A stretch of DNA of 64,000 bases from an uncultured Smithella sp. (GTDB lineage Bacteria > Desulfobacterota > Syntrophia > Syntrophales > Smithellaceae), in the NCBI GenBank assembly GCA_964632255.1, contig CAZWCA010000004.1, forward strand, positions 489-64,488, given 5' to 3'. Within the stretch, counting starts at the first letter, position 1, and the number at the start of each line of letters is the position of its first letter. A program made the position numbers and the translations under genes. The notes beneath the pieces are model-generated. The model had not been told where the DNA came from. It saw nothing but the letters and a program-made list of their open reading frames with translations, and searched no databases. Below, in pieces: positions 17,528-26,554 of this stretch.

Positions 17528-18685
17528 TTAATGAATAACTTTTCTCATAATTAAATCAGCCATTCTTTGCGGCGTCACCTCTTCAATATCCTGCGGAACA
17601 TTTTGTCCGCAGGTCAAAAAGCTGACCGGTTTTCGGGCCTTATTGATCACATCATAAAGAATGCCGAAACGCCTTGATTCATCTACCTTGGTGACGATCA
17701 GATTATCATAATCAAAAGGAGAATATTTCTTAACTGTATCCAGTAAATTATCTTCGCTGGATGTTGAGCTGATAAGGAGATTGGTTTCAATATTTTTACT
17801 TTGCAGCATCGAATCCATAAGACCAAGATAGCCGTCATCAACACAGCTCCTGCCCGGAGTATCAATCAGGATAATATCCTTATCCGCTAATAACTGCAGT
17901 GATTTTTGAAATGATTCTTTTGTCGATGCTACTTCCATCCTTATCCCCATTATCCGGGCATAAGTTTTCAGTTGTTCGATGGCCGCAATACGAAAGGTAT
18001 CAATGGTAATCAAACCGATATTCTTTTTTTTCATTAACGAATAGCGTGCGGCAAGTTTGGCCAGAGTTGTTGTCTTCCCGACACCTGTTGCACCGATATA
18101 AGCTTTAATTCGTTTTTCTTCCTTTACTTTGTTTATTGCCGGCATGGATTTAATAATAAATTCCTCGGCAATACGGAAAACTTTTTCTTCTGTCAATTCA
18201 TCCAGAGAGGATATTTGCGGTCCGATCTCTTCCATGATGCCGCAGGCGCTCATACGTGTAAACCCGCAGGTAAGCAGATGATAATAAATCCGGGACTGAA
18301 TATCCTGCTGTCCTTTTCTTTTTCGCGCTCCCAGGATATCAAAGAATTTGTCCATTGTTTCTTTTAATTCTTCCAGCTCTCCGCCCAATGATTTCCGTCT
18401 TTGCTCCGACTGGATAATTTCTTTTAATTCCCCTATTTCCTGACGAATAACTTTACAAACATCCTCCCTGCTTTCTATTGAACGGCTGTTTTCGGGCGGC
18501 AAAGGATGGAAACGCTTCTCCGGCTGATTTACCCTTTCATCACGGGCTGCCACTACCTCTAATGTGGAGTTGACCGTATTATTTAACTTCTTTGATGAAA
18601 GAATAATTGCATCAGGACCCATGTCTTCCTTTATTTTAGCCAGAGCTTCACTGATGCTGGATACTTCGTAACGTTTAACCTGCAT
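17528..18685 (-). CDS. flhF: SRP-type GTPase FlhF
   Basis: G1 IGATGVGKTTTLAKLAA, G3 DTPGRS, G4 TKVDES. It lies downstream of flhA. Confidence 0.92.
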   Translation of the reverse strand: MQVKRYEVSSISEALAKIKEDMGPDAIILSSKKLNNTVNSTLEVVAARDERVNQPEKRFHPLPPENSRSIESREDVCKVIRQEIGELKEIIQSEQRRKSLGGELEELKETMDKFFDILGARKRKGQQDIQSRIYYHLLTCGFTRMSACGIMEEIGPQISSLDELTEEKVFRIAEEFIIKSMPAINKVKEEKRIKAYIGATGVGKTTTLAKLAARYSLMKKKNIGLITIDTFRIAAIEQLKTYARIMGIRMEVASTKESFQKSLQLLADKDIILIDTPGRSCVDDGYLGLMDSMLQSKNIETNLLISSTSSEDNLLDTVKKYSPFDYDNLIVTKVDESRRFGILYDVINKARKPVSFLTCGQNVPQDIEEVTPQRMADLIMRKVIH

Positions 18686-18686
18686 T

Positions 18687-20765
18687 TTATAATTCTACCA
18701 TCCCCAAAGATTTTACATTAGTTTCCCGGGTAATTTCATTGTGCGACAAAATTACGATACCGGGATAAAATTTTTCAAGTATTTTGCGGAAATGAATTCT
18801 GGTGTTCGGCGAACAAAGAATTATCGGCTGCAGACCGGCAGTGGTAAATGCATTTACCAGCCGCTGTAAATTCGCTGCCAGTCTCTTCACAATGTTGGGA
18901 TCAGGCAAAGCAAAGGATTCGAAATCAGTATGCTGGATAGAACGGTTGATTTGTTCCTCAACATCCGGCGACATAACCATCACAGTGATGTTCCCGTCTC
19001 GATCCTGATACTGTTTTGTTATTGCCCGCCCCAGGTTTTGTCTTACATATCCGGTAAGAATATCGGCGTTTTTCGTAACCTGCGCATACTCCCCGATTGT
19101 TTCCACAATCGTCATTAAGTCCCGAATCGAAACACGCTCGCGCAGCAACCGCTGGAGAACCCTGTGTATGACCGTTACCGGAACAAGTTTGGGAACGATA
19201 TCTTTCACCATCCGGGGATACTGCTCGTCCAGATTATCCAGAAGCGCCTGCACTTCATGACGTCCCAGAATTTCATCGGCATAAGATTTGATCAGCTCCG
19301 TAATGTGGGTTGTTATCACTGTGGCCGGATCAACAACAACATGACCTTTTGACTGAGCCAGATCTTTGTCCCTTTCCGCGATCCACATTGCGGGCAACCC
19401 GAAAGCAGGTTCCTTGGCCGGAATGCCTTTAATCTTCAAATCACCTTCATCGGCTGTAATGAGGAGATGATGGCCCATCATTATGCTGCCGCGTGCTATT
19501 TCTACGCCTTTAAGCAACACGGTATATTCATCGGGCTTGAGTTTTAAGTTGTCCCGGATATGTATTGACGGAACGATAAAACCCATCTCCGAAGCCAGTT
19601 GACGGCGCAGCGCTTTGATACGATGCAGCAGTTCCCCTCCCTGAGCGGAATCAACCAGGGGAATCAAACCATAGCCTACTTCAAGGCCCATGAGATCGAG
19701 CGGCGCAATAGTATCCACCGTTTCCGCGGGAGCCGGAACCGCTTCCTGCTCGGCTGCTTCCTGTTCCTGGATTTTTTTGATGCTTTGAACGATGCGGAAC
19801 GCTAAAAAAGCAACAACAGCCGAGACGACAATAAAGGAAAACTTGGGCATTCCCGGAATTAAGGCGAAGACAAAAAGCATAATGGCGGCGGTGGCAATAA
19901 CCCGTGGCTGCATAAATAATTGTGTTTTTACTTCTTCTCCAAGGTCCGCCGACGCGGCGCTCCTCGTCACCAGTATGCCCGCCGCCGTGGAAACGATCAG
20001 CGCGGGCACCTGCGTCACCAAACCGTCACCGATAGTCAAAAGAGTGTAATTTCTGGCGGCATCGGCGACCGGCATCCCTTTTTGGAGCACGCCGATAATC
20101 AAACCGCCGATGATATTGACGAAAACGATGATAATACCTGCTACTGCATCACCCCGCACAAATTTACTGGCGCCATCCATCGATCCGTAAAAATTGGCTT
20201 CCTGCTCAATTTCACTGCGGCGGCGGCGGGCGTCATTGTCGGTTATCAAACCGGCGTTCAAATCCGCATCAATACTCATTTGCTTTCCCGGCATGGCATC
20301 CAGAGTAAAACGCGCTGCCACCTCGGCAACGCGAGTCGCACCCTTGGTGATAACGACAAAATTAATCAAAACCAAAACCATAAAAACAATCAATCCGATA
20401 ACATAGTTACCGCCCACAACAAATGTGCCGAAAGATTTAATAACCTGGCCGGCGGCGGCGGCGCCTTCATTGCCGTGCAATAAAATCAGGCGGGTGGACG
20501 CCACGTTCAGCGCCAGCCGCAAAAGAGTGACCATTAACAAGACGGAAGGAAATACGGAAAATTGCAGAGGTTTTAATATATTCATGGACATCAGCAAAAT
20601 AATGATTGAAATGGTAATGCTGAAAGCCAGAAAAATATCCAGTAAAAAGGTTGGAATAGGGATGATCATGATCATCAGGATGGCAATAACAGCCATGGCC
20701 GTCATTGCCGAACTGGATTGCATGGTGTCAAAAAAAGTGCCCCTGTCCGCTGCAGCAGTGGTCAT
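18687..20765 (-). CDS. flhA: Flagellar export gate protein FlhA
   Basis: 692 aa. Contains FPSVLLMVTLLRLALNVASTRLIL, the FHIPEP region GSMDGASKFVRGDAVAGIII and a large cytoplasmic C-domain. Confidence 0.96.
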   Translation of the reverse strand: MTTAAADRGTFFDTMQSSSAMTAMAVIAILMIMIIPIPTFLLDIFLAFSITISIIILLMSMNILKPLQFSVFPSVLLMVTLLRLALNVASTRLILLHGNEGAAAAGQVIKSFGTFVVGGNYVIGLIVFMVLVLINFVVITKGATRVAEVAARFTLDAMPGKQMSIDADLNAGLITDNDARRRRSEIEQEANFYGSMDGASKFVRGDAVAGIIIVFVNIIGGLIIGVLQKGMPVADAARNYTLLTIGDGLVTQVPALIVSTAAGILVTRSAASADLGEEVKTQLFMQPRVIATAAIMLFVFALIPGMPKFSFIVVSAVVAFLAFRIVQSIKKIQEQEAAEQEAVPAPAETVDTIAPLDLMGLEVGYGLIPLVDSAQGGELLHRIKALRRQLASEMGFIVPSIHIRDNLKLKPDEYTVLLKGVEIARGSIMMGHHLLITADEGDLKIKGIPAKEPAFGLPAMWIAERDKDLAQSKGHVVVDPATVITTHITELIKSYADEILGRHEVQALLDNLDEQYPRMVKDIVPKLVPVTVIHRVLQRLLRERVSIRDLMTIVETIGEYAQVTKNADILTGYVRQNLGRAITKQYQDRDGNITVMVMSPDVEEQINRSIQHTDFESFALPDPNIVKRLAANLQRLVNAFTTAGLQPIILCSPNTRIHFRKILEKFYPGIVILSHNEITRETNVKSLGMVEL

Positions 20766-20771
20766 ATTTCT

Positions 20772-21848
20772 TTATCCGAATATCTTAATTCTTTTCTGTT
20801 CATAAACAAATGCCAGTACTTCCGCGACCGCCCGGTAGAGATCTTCCGGTATGGGATGATTTATATCAACCATCTTATACAATACCTGTGCCAAAGGCTT
20901 ATCTTCGATTATGGTCACATCATTTTCCCGGGCGATCTCTTTTATTTTTTCTGCAATCAGGTTTGCTCCTTTAGCCACTACTTTGGGCGCCATCATGTTT
21001 TCGGGATCGTACTTGACAGCCACTGCCAGGTGGGTCGGATTGGTGATAATGACGTCTGCTTTCGGCACTTCGGCCATCATCCGCTTTTTGGCCATTTCCC
21101 GCTGCAGCCGGCGGATCCGGGATTTGATCAGGGGATCGCCTTCGGTATTCTTATATTCATCCTTAATCTCCTGCTTGGTCATCCGCAGGCTTTTTTCATA
21201 TTCCCAGCGCTGATAAATGTAATCGAGAATTGCCAGAATAACGAGTACTATCGCCGTACTCAGAACAATTTTAAAGCATATCCGGCCTAAATAAGCCGTT
21301 ATTCCCGAAATGCCCTGATCCATCAGCAGGATCATATTAGCCAGTTCGCTTTTTATAACCAAATAGGCAACGATGCTGATAATGCAAATTTTGAAGATGT
21401 TCTTTATCAATTCCACGATCGAACGCAATGAAAACAGCCTTTGAAAACCTTTAATGGGATCAATCTTGGAAACTTTTGGAGTTATTGATTCCGAGGAAAA
21501 CATTACCCCGATTTGCAGAACATTTCCCAAAACAGCCGCCACCAGAACGGTCAGCATAAGCGGGAAAAGAATAACAAAGCCTTTAAAAATATAATTACTG
21601 ATCAGGCTGGTCAGACTGGATGGAGTAAGATCGTTTACATTAACATCCCGGAATCCGGAACTCATCAAATCCATGATATTTTCGAGAAAGCCTGCAGCAC
21701 CAAAGTAAAAATAAATCAGACAGGCCACCAGAATGCTTACAGACACAATTTCCGTCGAACGGGCAACCTGGCCTTTTTCGCGGGCTTCATCACGGCGATG
21801 CGATGTCGCCTGTTCGGTTCGTTCCTGATCCTGGTCGTTCTCCGCCAT
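20772..21848 (-). CDS. flhB: Flagellar export switch protein FlhB
   Basis: N-terminal EQATSHRRDEAREKGQVARS, four TM segments, and the autocleavage site ITNPTHLAVAVKYD. Confidence 0.96.
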   Translation of the reverse strand: MAENDQDQERTEQATSHRRDEAREKGQVARSTEIVSVSILVACLIYFYFGAAGFLENIMDLMSSGFRDVNVNDLTPSSLTSLISNYIFKGFVILFPLMLTVLVAAVLGNVLQIGVMFSSESITPKVSKIDPIKGFQRLFSLRSIVELIKNIFKICIISIVAYLVIKSELANMILLMDQGISGITAYLGRICFKIVLSTAIVLVILAILDYIYQRWEYEKSLRMTKQEIKDEYKNTEGDPLIKSRIRRLQREMAKKRMMAEVPKADVIITNPTHLAVAVKYDPENMMAPKVVAKGANLIAEKIKEIARENDVTIIEDKPLAQVLYKMVDINHPIPEDLYRAVAEVLAFVYEQKRIKIFG

Positions 21849-21893
21849 ACATACCTATCGCTTTAATGACATAGGCGTCAATATTCCGCTGTT

Positions 21894-22673
21894 TCACATC
21901 AGGCGCAACAGTGTTATGATTTTTGACTCAATATTAAGGAAATATCCCTGAGTCAATTTAATAAACATCGGCGCAGTCAAACCAAGAAAAATAAGTCCGA
22001 TTGCTATCTGCAAAGGCATGCCGACAATAAAGATATTGATTTGCGGTACTGTACGGGCGACAATTCCCAGGCCGACATTGGTAAAAAGCATTACAGCCAT
22101 GAGAGGGACAGCCAGTTTTATCGCTATTACAAACATTTCTTTCGAATAACTTAAAATTGCCTGCATTAATGGACCCGAAAAATGAAATTCCAAAGGCTTT
22201 AAAATGGAATAACTCTGGATTAAAGCGGCAAAAAAAATGTGATGAGCATTAATTGTCAGGAAAACGAGCAAAGCGATAAGATATTGCAGCTCAGTAACGA
22301 TCGATACTTGTTCACTGGACATCGGATCGATAATATTGGCGATTGACAATCCCATTTGAAAACCGATCATATCGCCGGCCATCTGAATACCGGCAAGAAC
22401 GAGCCTCGCCGCATAACCAATGATCAGGCCGATCATTACTTCACCGGCCATCCGGTACATAAGAATCAACACCTGGAAATTTGATGTTTGTGGAATCTTC
22501 GGTGCAACAAGCGGAAATATGATTAAGGTTATAAGAATAGTTAAAGCTGCCTTAAACCGCGCCGGAACAGAGGCTTCGCTGATCACCGGAATGGTGACAA
22601 TAATGGCACCGACTCTCAATAGAATAAGAATAAAAGCATCCAACTGGCCGGGCGATAAAAAGGGTAAACTCAT
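21894..22673 (-). CDS. fliR: Flagellar export protein FliR
   Basis: 259-aa polytopic membrane protein between fliQ and flhB. Contains FILILLRVGAIIVTIPV. Confidence 0.92.
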   Translation of the reverse strand: MSLPFLSPGQLDAFILILLRVGAIIVTIPVISEASVPARFKAALTILITLIIFPLVAPKIPQTSNFQVLILMYRMAGEVMIGLIIGYAARLVLAGIQMAGDMIGFQMGLSIANIIDPMSSEQVSIVTELQYLIALLVFLTINAHHIFFAALIQSYSILKPLEFHFSGPLMQAILSYSKEMFVIAIKLAVPLMAVMLFTNVGLGIVARTVPQINIFIVGMPLQIAIGLIFLGLTAPMFIKLTQGYFLNIESKIITLLRLM

Positions 22674-22713
22674 TTTTCGCGGCTCCCTCTTCCTTCCCTT
22701 CCATTGCGTTCCC

Positions 22714-22983
22714 TCATTTGATATATGCCGGTATATTGGTGAAGATATTTTGAGTAAAGTTGATCATCAAACTCATCATCCAGGGCAGGGCCGCCACCAT
22801 AGCAATCATGACCGCCACTATCTTCGGTACAAATACGAGTGTCATTTCCTGAATTTGCGTCACTGCCTGGAATAAACTGATCAAAACACCCACGACCAAA
22901 CCAACGATCAGCATGGGGGCGGATATCATAAGCGTTACCTTGATTGTTTCAATCATCAATCCCACAACTGTATCCGGTGTCAT
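22714..22983 (-). CDS. fliQ: Flagellar export protein FliQ
   Basis: The ORF extends to 23034, but ATG 22983 has an AAGGAAGGG RBS and follows the fliP stop. The 89-aa product contains LISLFQAVTQIQEMTLVFVPKI. Confidence 0.92.
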   Translation of the reverse strand: MTPDTVVGLMIETIKVTLMISAPMLIVGLVVGVLISLFQAVTQIQEMTLVFVPKIVAVMIAMVAALPWMMSLMINFTQNIFTNIPAYIK

Positions 22984-23002
22984 TTTTTTACCCTTCCTTA
23001 AA

Positions 23003-23776
23003 TTAATGAAAACTCTGTACCAACGAACCGACAATTAAATACCAGCCGTCAACCAGGACAAATAAAAGCAATTTAAACGGTAAACTGACCATAATGGGCG
23101 GAAGCATCATCATGCCCATGGAAAGTAAAACACTTGCCACAACCATATCCAAAACCAAAAAAGGCAGATAAATCATAAACCCGATCTGAAAAGCCGTTTT
23201 CAATTCACTGATCGCAAAAGCCGGAATTAAGGTTGAAAAGGAAATATCTTCCGGTTTCGCCGGACGCTTCTCGTTTGCTATTTTGACAAAAAGAGCCAGA
23301 TCTTTTTCCCGCACCTGCTTCAGCATAAAAGCCTTTATTGGAGCCGAGCCCTTTTCGAAAGCCTGTTCACCGGAAATTTGTTCATCATAGTAAGGTTTGA
23401 GAGCTTCATTGTTTACCCGGTTAAAAACCGGAGACATGATAAATAATGTCAGAAATAAGGATAACCCGATAATGACCTGATTTGGAGGCATTGTTTGCGT
23501 TCCCAAAGCATGTCTCAACAGGGATAAAACGATCACAATCCGGGTAAAAGAAGTGGCCATTAACAAAATGGCCGGAGCCATGGAAAGTATCGTCAGTAAA
23601 ATTACAATCTGAATAAGAGAGGAAACCTTTTCCGGCTCAGTTGTGCCGCCATTCATACTGAAATTGATATTCGGGAGAGCAAAGGGTGAGGCAGCGTAAG
23701 CGCTGGTCGAAGTAATTGCCGCGGCAATGACGACAAGCAGGGGAATTAATATTATCAGTACCGTTTCTTTTTTCAT
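23003..23776 (-). CDS. fliP: Flagellar export protein FliP
   Basis: Signal peptide, then ILLTILSMAPAILLMATSFTRIVIVLSLLRHALGTQ and FLVLDMVVASVLLSMGMMMLPP. Confidence 0.96.
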   Translation of the reverse strand: MKKETVLIILIPLLVVIAAAITSTSAYAASPFALPNINFSMNGGTTEPEKVSSLIQIVILLTILSMAPAILLMATSFTRIVIVLSLLRHALGTQTMPPNQVIIGLSLFLTLFIMSPVFNRVNNEALKPYYDEQISGEQAFEKGSAPIKAFMLKQVREKDLALFVKIANEKRPAKPEDISFSTLIPAFAISELKTAFQIGFMIYLPFLVLDMVVASVLLSMGMMMLPPIMVSLPFKLLLFVLVDGWYLIVGSLVQSFH

Positions 23777-24168
23777 TTTCCCGTCTTGTCCTTTGTCTTA
23801 TTCAGAGAAAGATTAAGCTGAGACATATATTTCGCCAGCTTACTTCCCGGAAAATCAACTATTTTCGGATTAACCATGCCGGCCTTAATTTTCATTACAG
23901 CCTGGGGATCGTCAATTGAGGCCAGGGTCGTCATTTGCTGATTGGAAATACCGACAACCAGGATTTGGCCTAAAACTTCAACCAAAATGATTCTGTTTTT
24001 CGGACCCAAATATTTAGATGAGATTATATTGATTAATTGACCATCGGATACGGGACTCGTCTGCTGCATAAAAACTTTGACGAAATACATAACACCGATT
24101 AATAAGCCCAAGACAACGGCAAGCGCAAAAATCATTTTTAAAAATGAAGCAATTAAAGAAATTTCCAT
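23773..24168 (-). CDS. fliO: Flagellar export protein FliO/FliZ
   Basis: Single N-terminal TM segment (FALAVVLGLLIGVMYFV), ILVEVLGQILVVG core, position between fliN and fliP. Confidence 0.8.
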   Translation of the reverse strand: MEISLIASFLKMIFALAVVLGLLIGVMYFVKVFMQQTSPVSDGQLINIISSKYLGPKNRIILVEVLGQILVVGISNQQMTTLASIDDPQAVMKIKAGMVNPKIVDFPGSKLAKYMSQLNLSLNKTKDKTGK

Positions 24169-24258
24169 TTAGAATCACACCCAGACTAGTTTCCGTCAGG
24201 AAAGGCTCTTTCACGGTTAGGAAACAATTATTATTTCATCCATAGTATCCGATGGATG

Positions 24259-24720
24259 CTAGGCTAATTTGTTAACTCTTTCCGCCGGAGAGACTATATC
24301 CGTCAGTCGCACACCGAATTTTTCATTCACGACAACTACTTCACCACGGGCAATCAACCTTTGATTAACATAAACATCCATAGGCTCACCGGCCAGTTTG
24401 GTCAGTTCCAGTACGGAACCCTGTCCGAGTTGCAGTAATTCGCTGATCAACATTTTACTTCTGCCGAGCTCGCATGTTAAAGTAAGAGGGATGTCCAGAA
24501 TGAAATCCAAATCAAGTGATTCTTTATTATCCGGCTTTTTATTCTTTAACTCATCGAAATTAACATTAGTAACTTCCGTTTTTGGCTGCATCGGCGCTCT
24601 GGAGAGTTCCATCTCCTCCTTTACGTCATCCCAGCTGATATTATCGTCATTATTTGCAGGCGCCGGTTCCGTGGATAAATTTATACCTTTCATCAATTCA
24701 TCTATTTCACTTTGTTCCAT
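24259..24720 (-). CDS. fliN: C-ring protein FliN
   Basis: SpoA domain ILDIPLTLTCELGRSKMLISELLQLGQGSVLELTKLAGEPMDVYVNQRLIARGEVVVVNEKFGVRLTDI. Confidence 0.94.
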   Translation of the reverse strand: MEQSEIDELMKGINLSTEPAPANNDDNISWDDVKEEMELSRAPMQPKTEVTNVNFDELKNKKPDNKESLDLDFILDIPLTLTCELGRSKMLISELLQLGQGSVLELTKLAGEPMDVYVNQRLIARGEVVVVNEKFGVRLTDIVSPAERVNKLA

Positions 24721-24721
24721 A

Positions 24722-25708
24722 TTAATCGTCCTCTTTTCCCGTCACTATACCGGAAATTTGCACAGCCTGGTTTCCCTTGTAGTTGCCAGGATAAGCATTA
24801 AATTTTTTAATACCTTCCACGTAAACGTCAAGCGGATCAGAAGCATAATGCTCCAGTTGAATAACGTCACCTTTCTTAAGATTTATAACATCTTTGCTCA
24901 AAACCTGAGCCCGCCCCAATTCGACAAAAATATTTACATAAGATTTAAGAAGACCTGCTTTGAATCTGTTTGCCCATGCCTTGTCTACTTCAAGATGTTC
25001 GCTTTGAAAACCGGCGGCCAGTTTTTCTTTAACAGGTTCAAGCATGGAATAAGGAATACAAATTGATATAACGCCCGATGTATATTCCACTTCGACTTCA
25101 AAATTCATAACAACAACAACGTCCGTAGGCGGCACAATTTGTGCAAACTGCGGGTTTACCTCTGCACGTTGATAAGCTATCTTCAAATCAATTAAAGGTT
25201 TCCAGCATTTTTCCAAATCGGAAAGAGCCGACAAAACAACTTTTTTAATCAGGTTATTTTCAATTGCGGTAAATTCCCGGCCTTCAATCTTGTAAGCAGC
25301 AGTTCCCGAACCACCGAATATTATGTCCACCAATGTAAAAATTATCTTGGATTCCAAAATAAAAATTGCATTGCCGCGCATGGGATCCATCCGGAACAAA
25401 TGCAGGCTTGTCGGGACAGGCAATGTCTTTAAAAATTCCCCGAATTTAATCATATCGGCTGAAACTGCTGAAACCGAAATTACTTTACGCAACATGGAAG
25501 AAAGAGTCGTGCGAAACATGCGTGCAAACTTTTCATTAGTCATCTCCAGAGTGGGCATGCGTCCACGAATTATCCTGTCCTGACTGGTCAGGTCATAGGC
25601 AATTACATCGCCCGGCTCATGATATTCTTCCGGTTCGGTTTCAATTTCACCGCCGGATATACCGCGCAACAGGGCATCAACTTCTTCTTGTGAAAGAATA
25701 TTGGTCAT
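24722..25708 (-). CDS. fliM: C-ring switch protein FliM
   Basis: N-terminal CheY-P binding motif ILSQEEVDALL, FliM middle domain, and a C-terminal SpoA-like domain (GDVIQLEH...DVYVEG). Confidence 0.95.
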   Translation of the reverse strand: MTNILSQEEVDALLRGISGGEIETEPEEYHEPGDVIAYDLTSQDRIIRGRMPTLEMTNEKFARMFRTTLSSMLRKVISVSAVSADMIKFGEFLKTLPVPTSLHLFRMDPMRGNAIFILESKIIFTLVDIIFGGSGTAAYKIEGREFTAIENNLIKKVVLSALSDLEKCWKPLIDLKIAYQRAEVNPQFAQIVPPTDVVVVMNFEVEVEYTSGVISICIPYSMLEPVKEKLAAGFQSEHLEVDKAWANRFKAGLLKSYVNIFVELGRAQVLSKDVINLKKGDVIQLEHYASDPLDVYVEGIKKFNAYPGNYKGNQAVQISGIVTGKEDD

Positions 25709-25743
25709 GAAGCCTCACTAATGATTTTTCCAATCTTTTCTCA

Positions 25744-26253
25744 TTATTGAATTACGAATTCGGTAAAATATACTTTGATAATTTTTCCTTTTGTCAAATA
25801 CCCGCTTGACCGCAGTGCGATTTCATCCCGTAATCGCTGTTTACCGATAGGGTCCATCATTTCTTTGAAATTTTTTGATGAAAGCAGATCAAGAATGCTA
25901 TCCCGCACTTTAGGCTTAATAATATTTAATTCGTCTACTGTTGATTGATCAGATAATTCAAATTGCATTATTACTTTTAAATATCTTTCTCCTTCATTAT
26001 CATTAAGATTGACAATAAAAGGATCAAGAGGCCAAAATATGGCTGCCGCGGGTTTTGCCGATTCCGCCTGCTTTTTATCTTGAGCAGGCGAATGAGACTT
26101 GAACAGGAAAAAATACGCCCCTGCCCCGCCGCCGCCCAGAACAACCACAGCTATAACGGCGATAATAATCCATTTCATTGCCGAGCCTTTTTTCTTTTCC
26201 AGAGACTGCTCTTCTATTTCTTGTTCGTCTTTTTCATCTTTTGAATCTGCCAT
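25744..26253 (-). CDS. fliL: Basal-body associated protein FliL
   Basis: One TM segment, then DPFIVNLNDNEGERYLKVIMQFEL...KPKVRDSILDLLSSK...GKQRLRDEI...VYFTEFVIQ. Confidence 0.92.
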   Translation of the reverse strand: MADSKDEKDEQEIEEQSLEKKKGSAMKWIIIAVIAVVVLGGGGAGAYFFLFKSHSPAQDKKQAESAKPAAAIFWPLDPFIVNLNDNEGERYLKVIMQFELSDQSTVDELNIIKPKVRDSILDLLSSKNFKEMMDPIGKQRLRDEIALRSSGYLTKGKIIKVYFTEFVIQ

Positions 26254-26298
26254 TGTTTTTCTCCCTAAGCAGTAATATTTCTTTTTGCTTTGTTATTT

Positions 26299-26314
26299 AG
26301 CAAAAAACATACCA
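26299..26314 (-). promoter_or_regulatory. sigma-54 promoter for the fliL...fliA operon
   Basis: Minus strand TGGTAT-gtttt-TTGCT (GG-N10-GC geometry), about 45 nt upstream of the fliL ATG. Confidence 0.6.
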
Positions 26315-26462
26315 AATGAAAGATGCTTTTATTGATATAATTTTTACTTGAAAAATCATATATTAGGTCTAACGGAAATATAAATCTTTTGGCCGGTATT
26401 GATTCTTTTTATTGACGAAAAGTCAAATAATTGACGTGAAATGAAAGGGTAATTATGGAAAA

Positions 26463-26513
26463 GGCTGAAGCTAAAGGGAGAGAAAGGAGAGGCAAAATCT
26501 TTAGTCTTCAGCC
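26463..26513 (-). terminator. Long hairpin after flgE (candidate terminator or attenuator)
   Basis: ggctgaagctaaag at 26463-26476 pairs with ctttagtcttcagcc at 26499-26513 (14 bp with one bulge). The loop is purine-rich. A short U tract (tttt) follows on the minus strand. Confidence 0.4.
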
Positions 26514-26554
26514 CGTTATGGTTTGGGAATAACAATATACTTGAAAAGCATTTT

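Noticed and set aside
20425-21290. Long antisense ORFs inside flhA/flhB. Similar ones lie inside fliN/fliM (24398..25066), the REC/CheX-like genes (50823..51461) and the second sigma-54 activator (54537..55109).
   Set aside because: They lie opposite genes with unambiguous family motifs, have low-complexity or odd composition, and lack RBS support.
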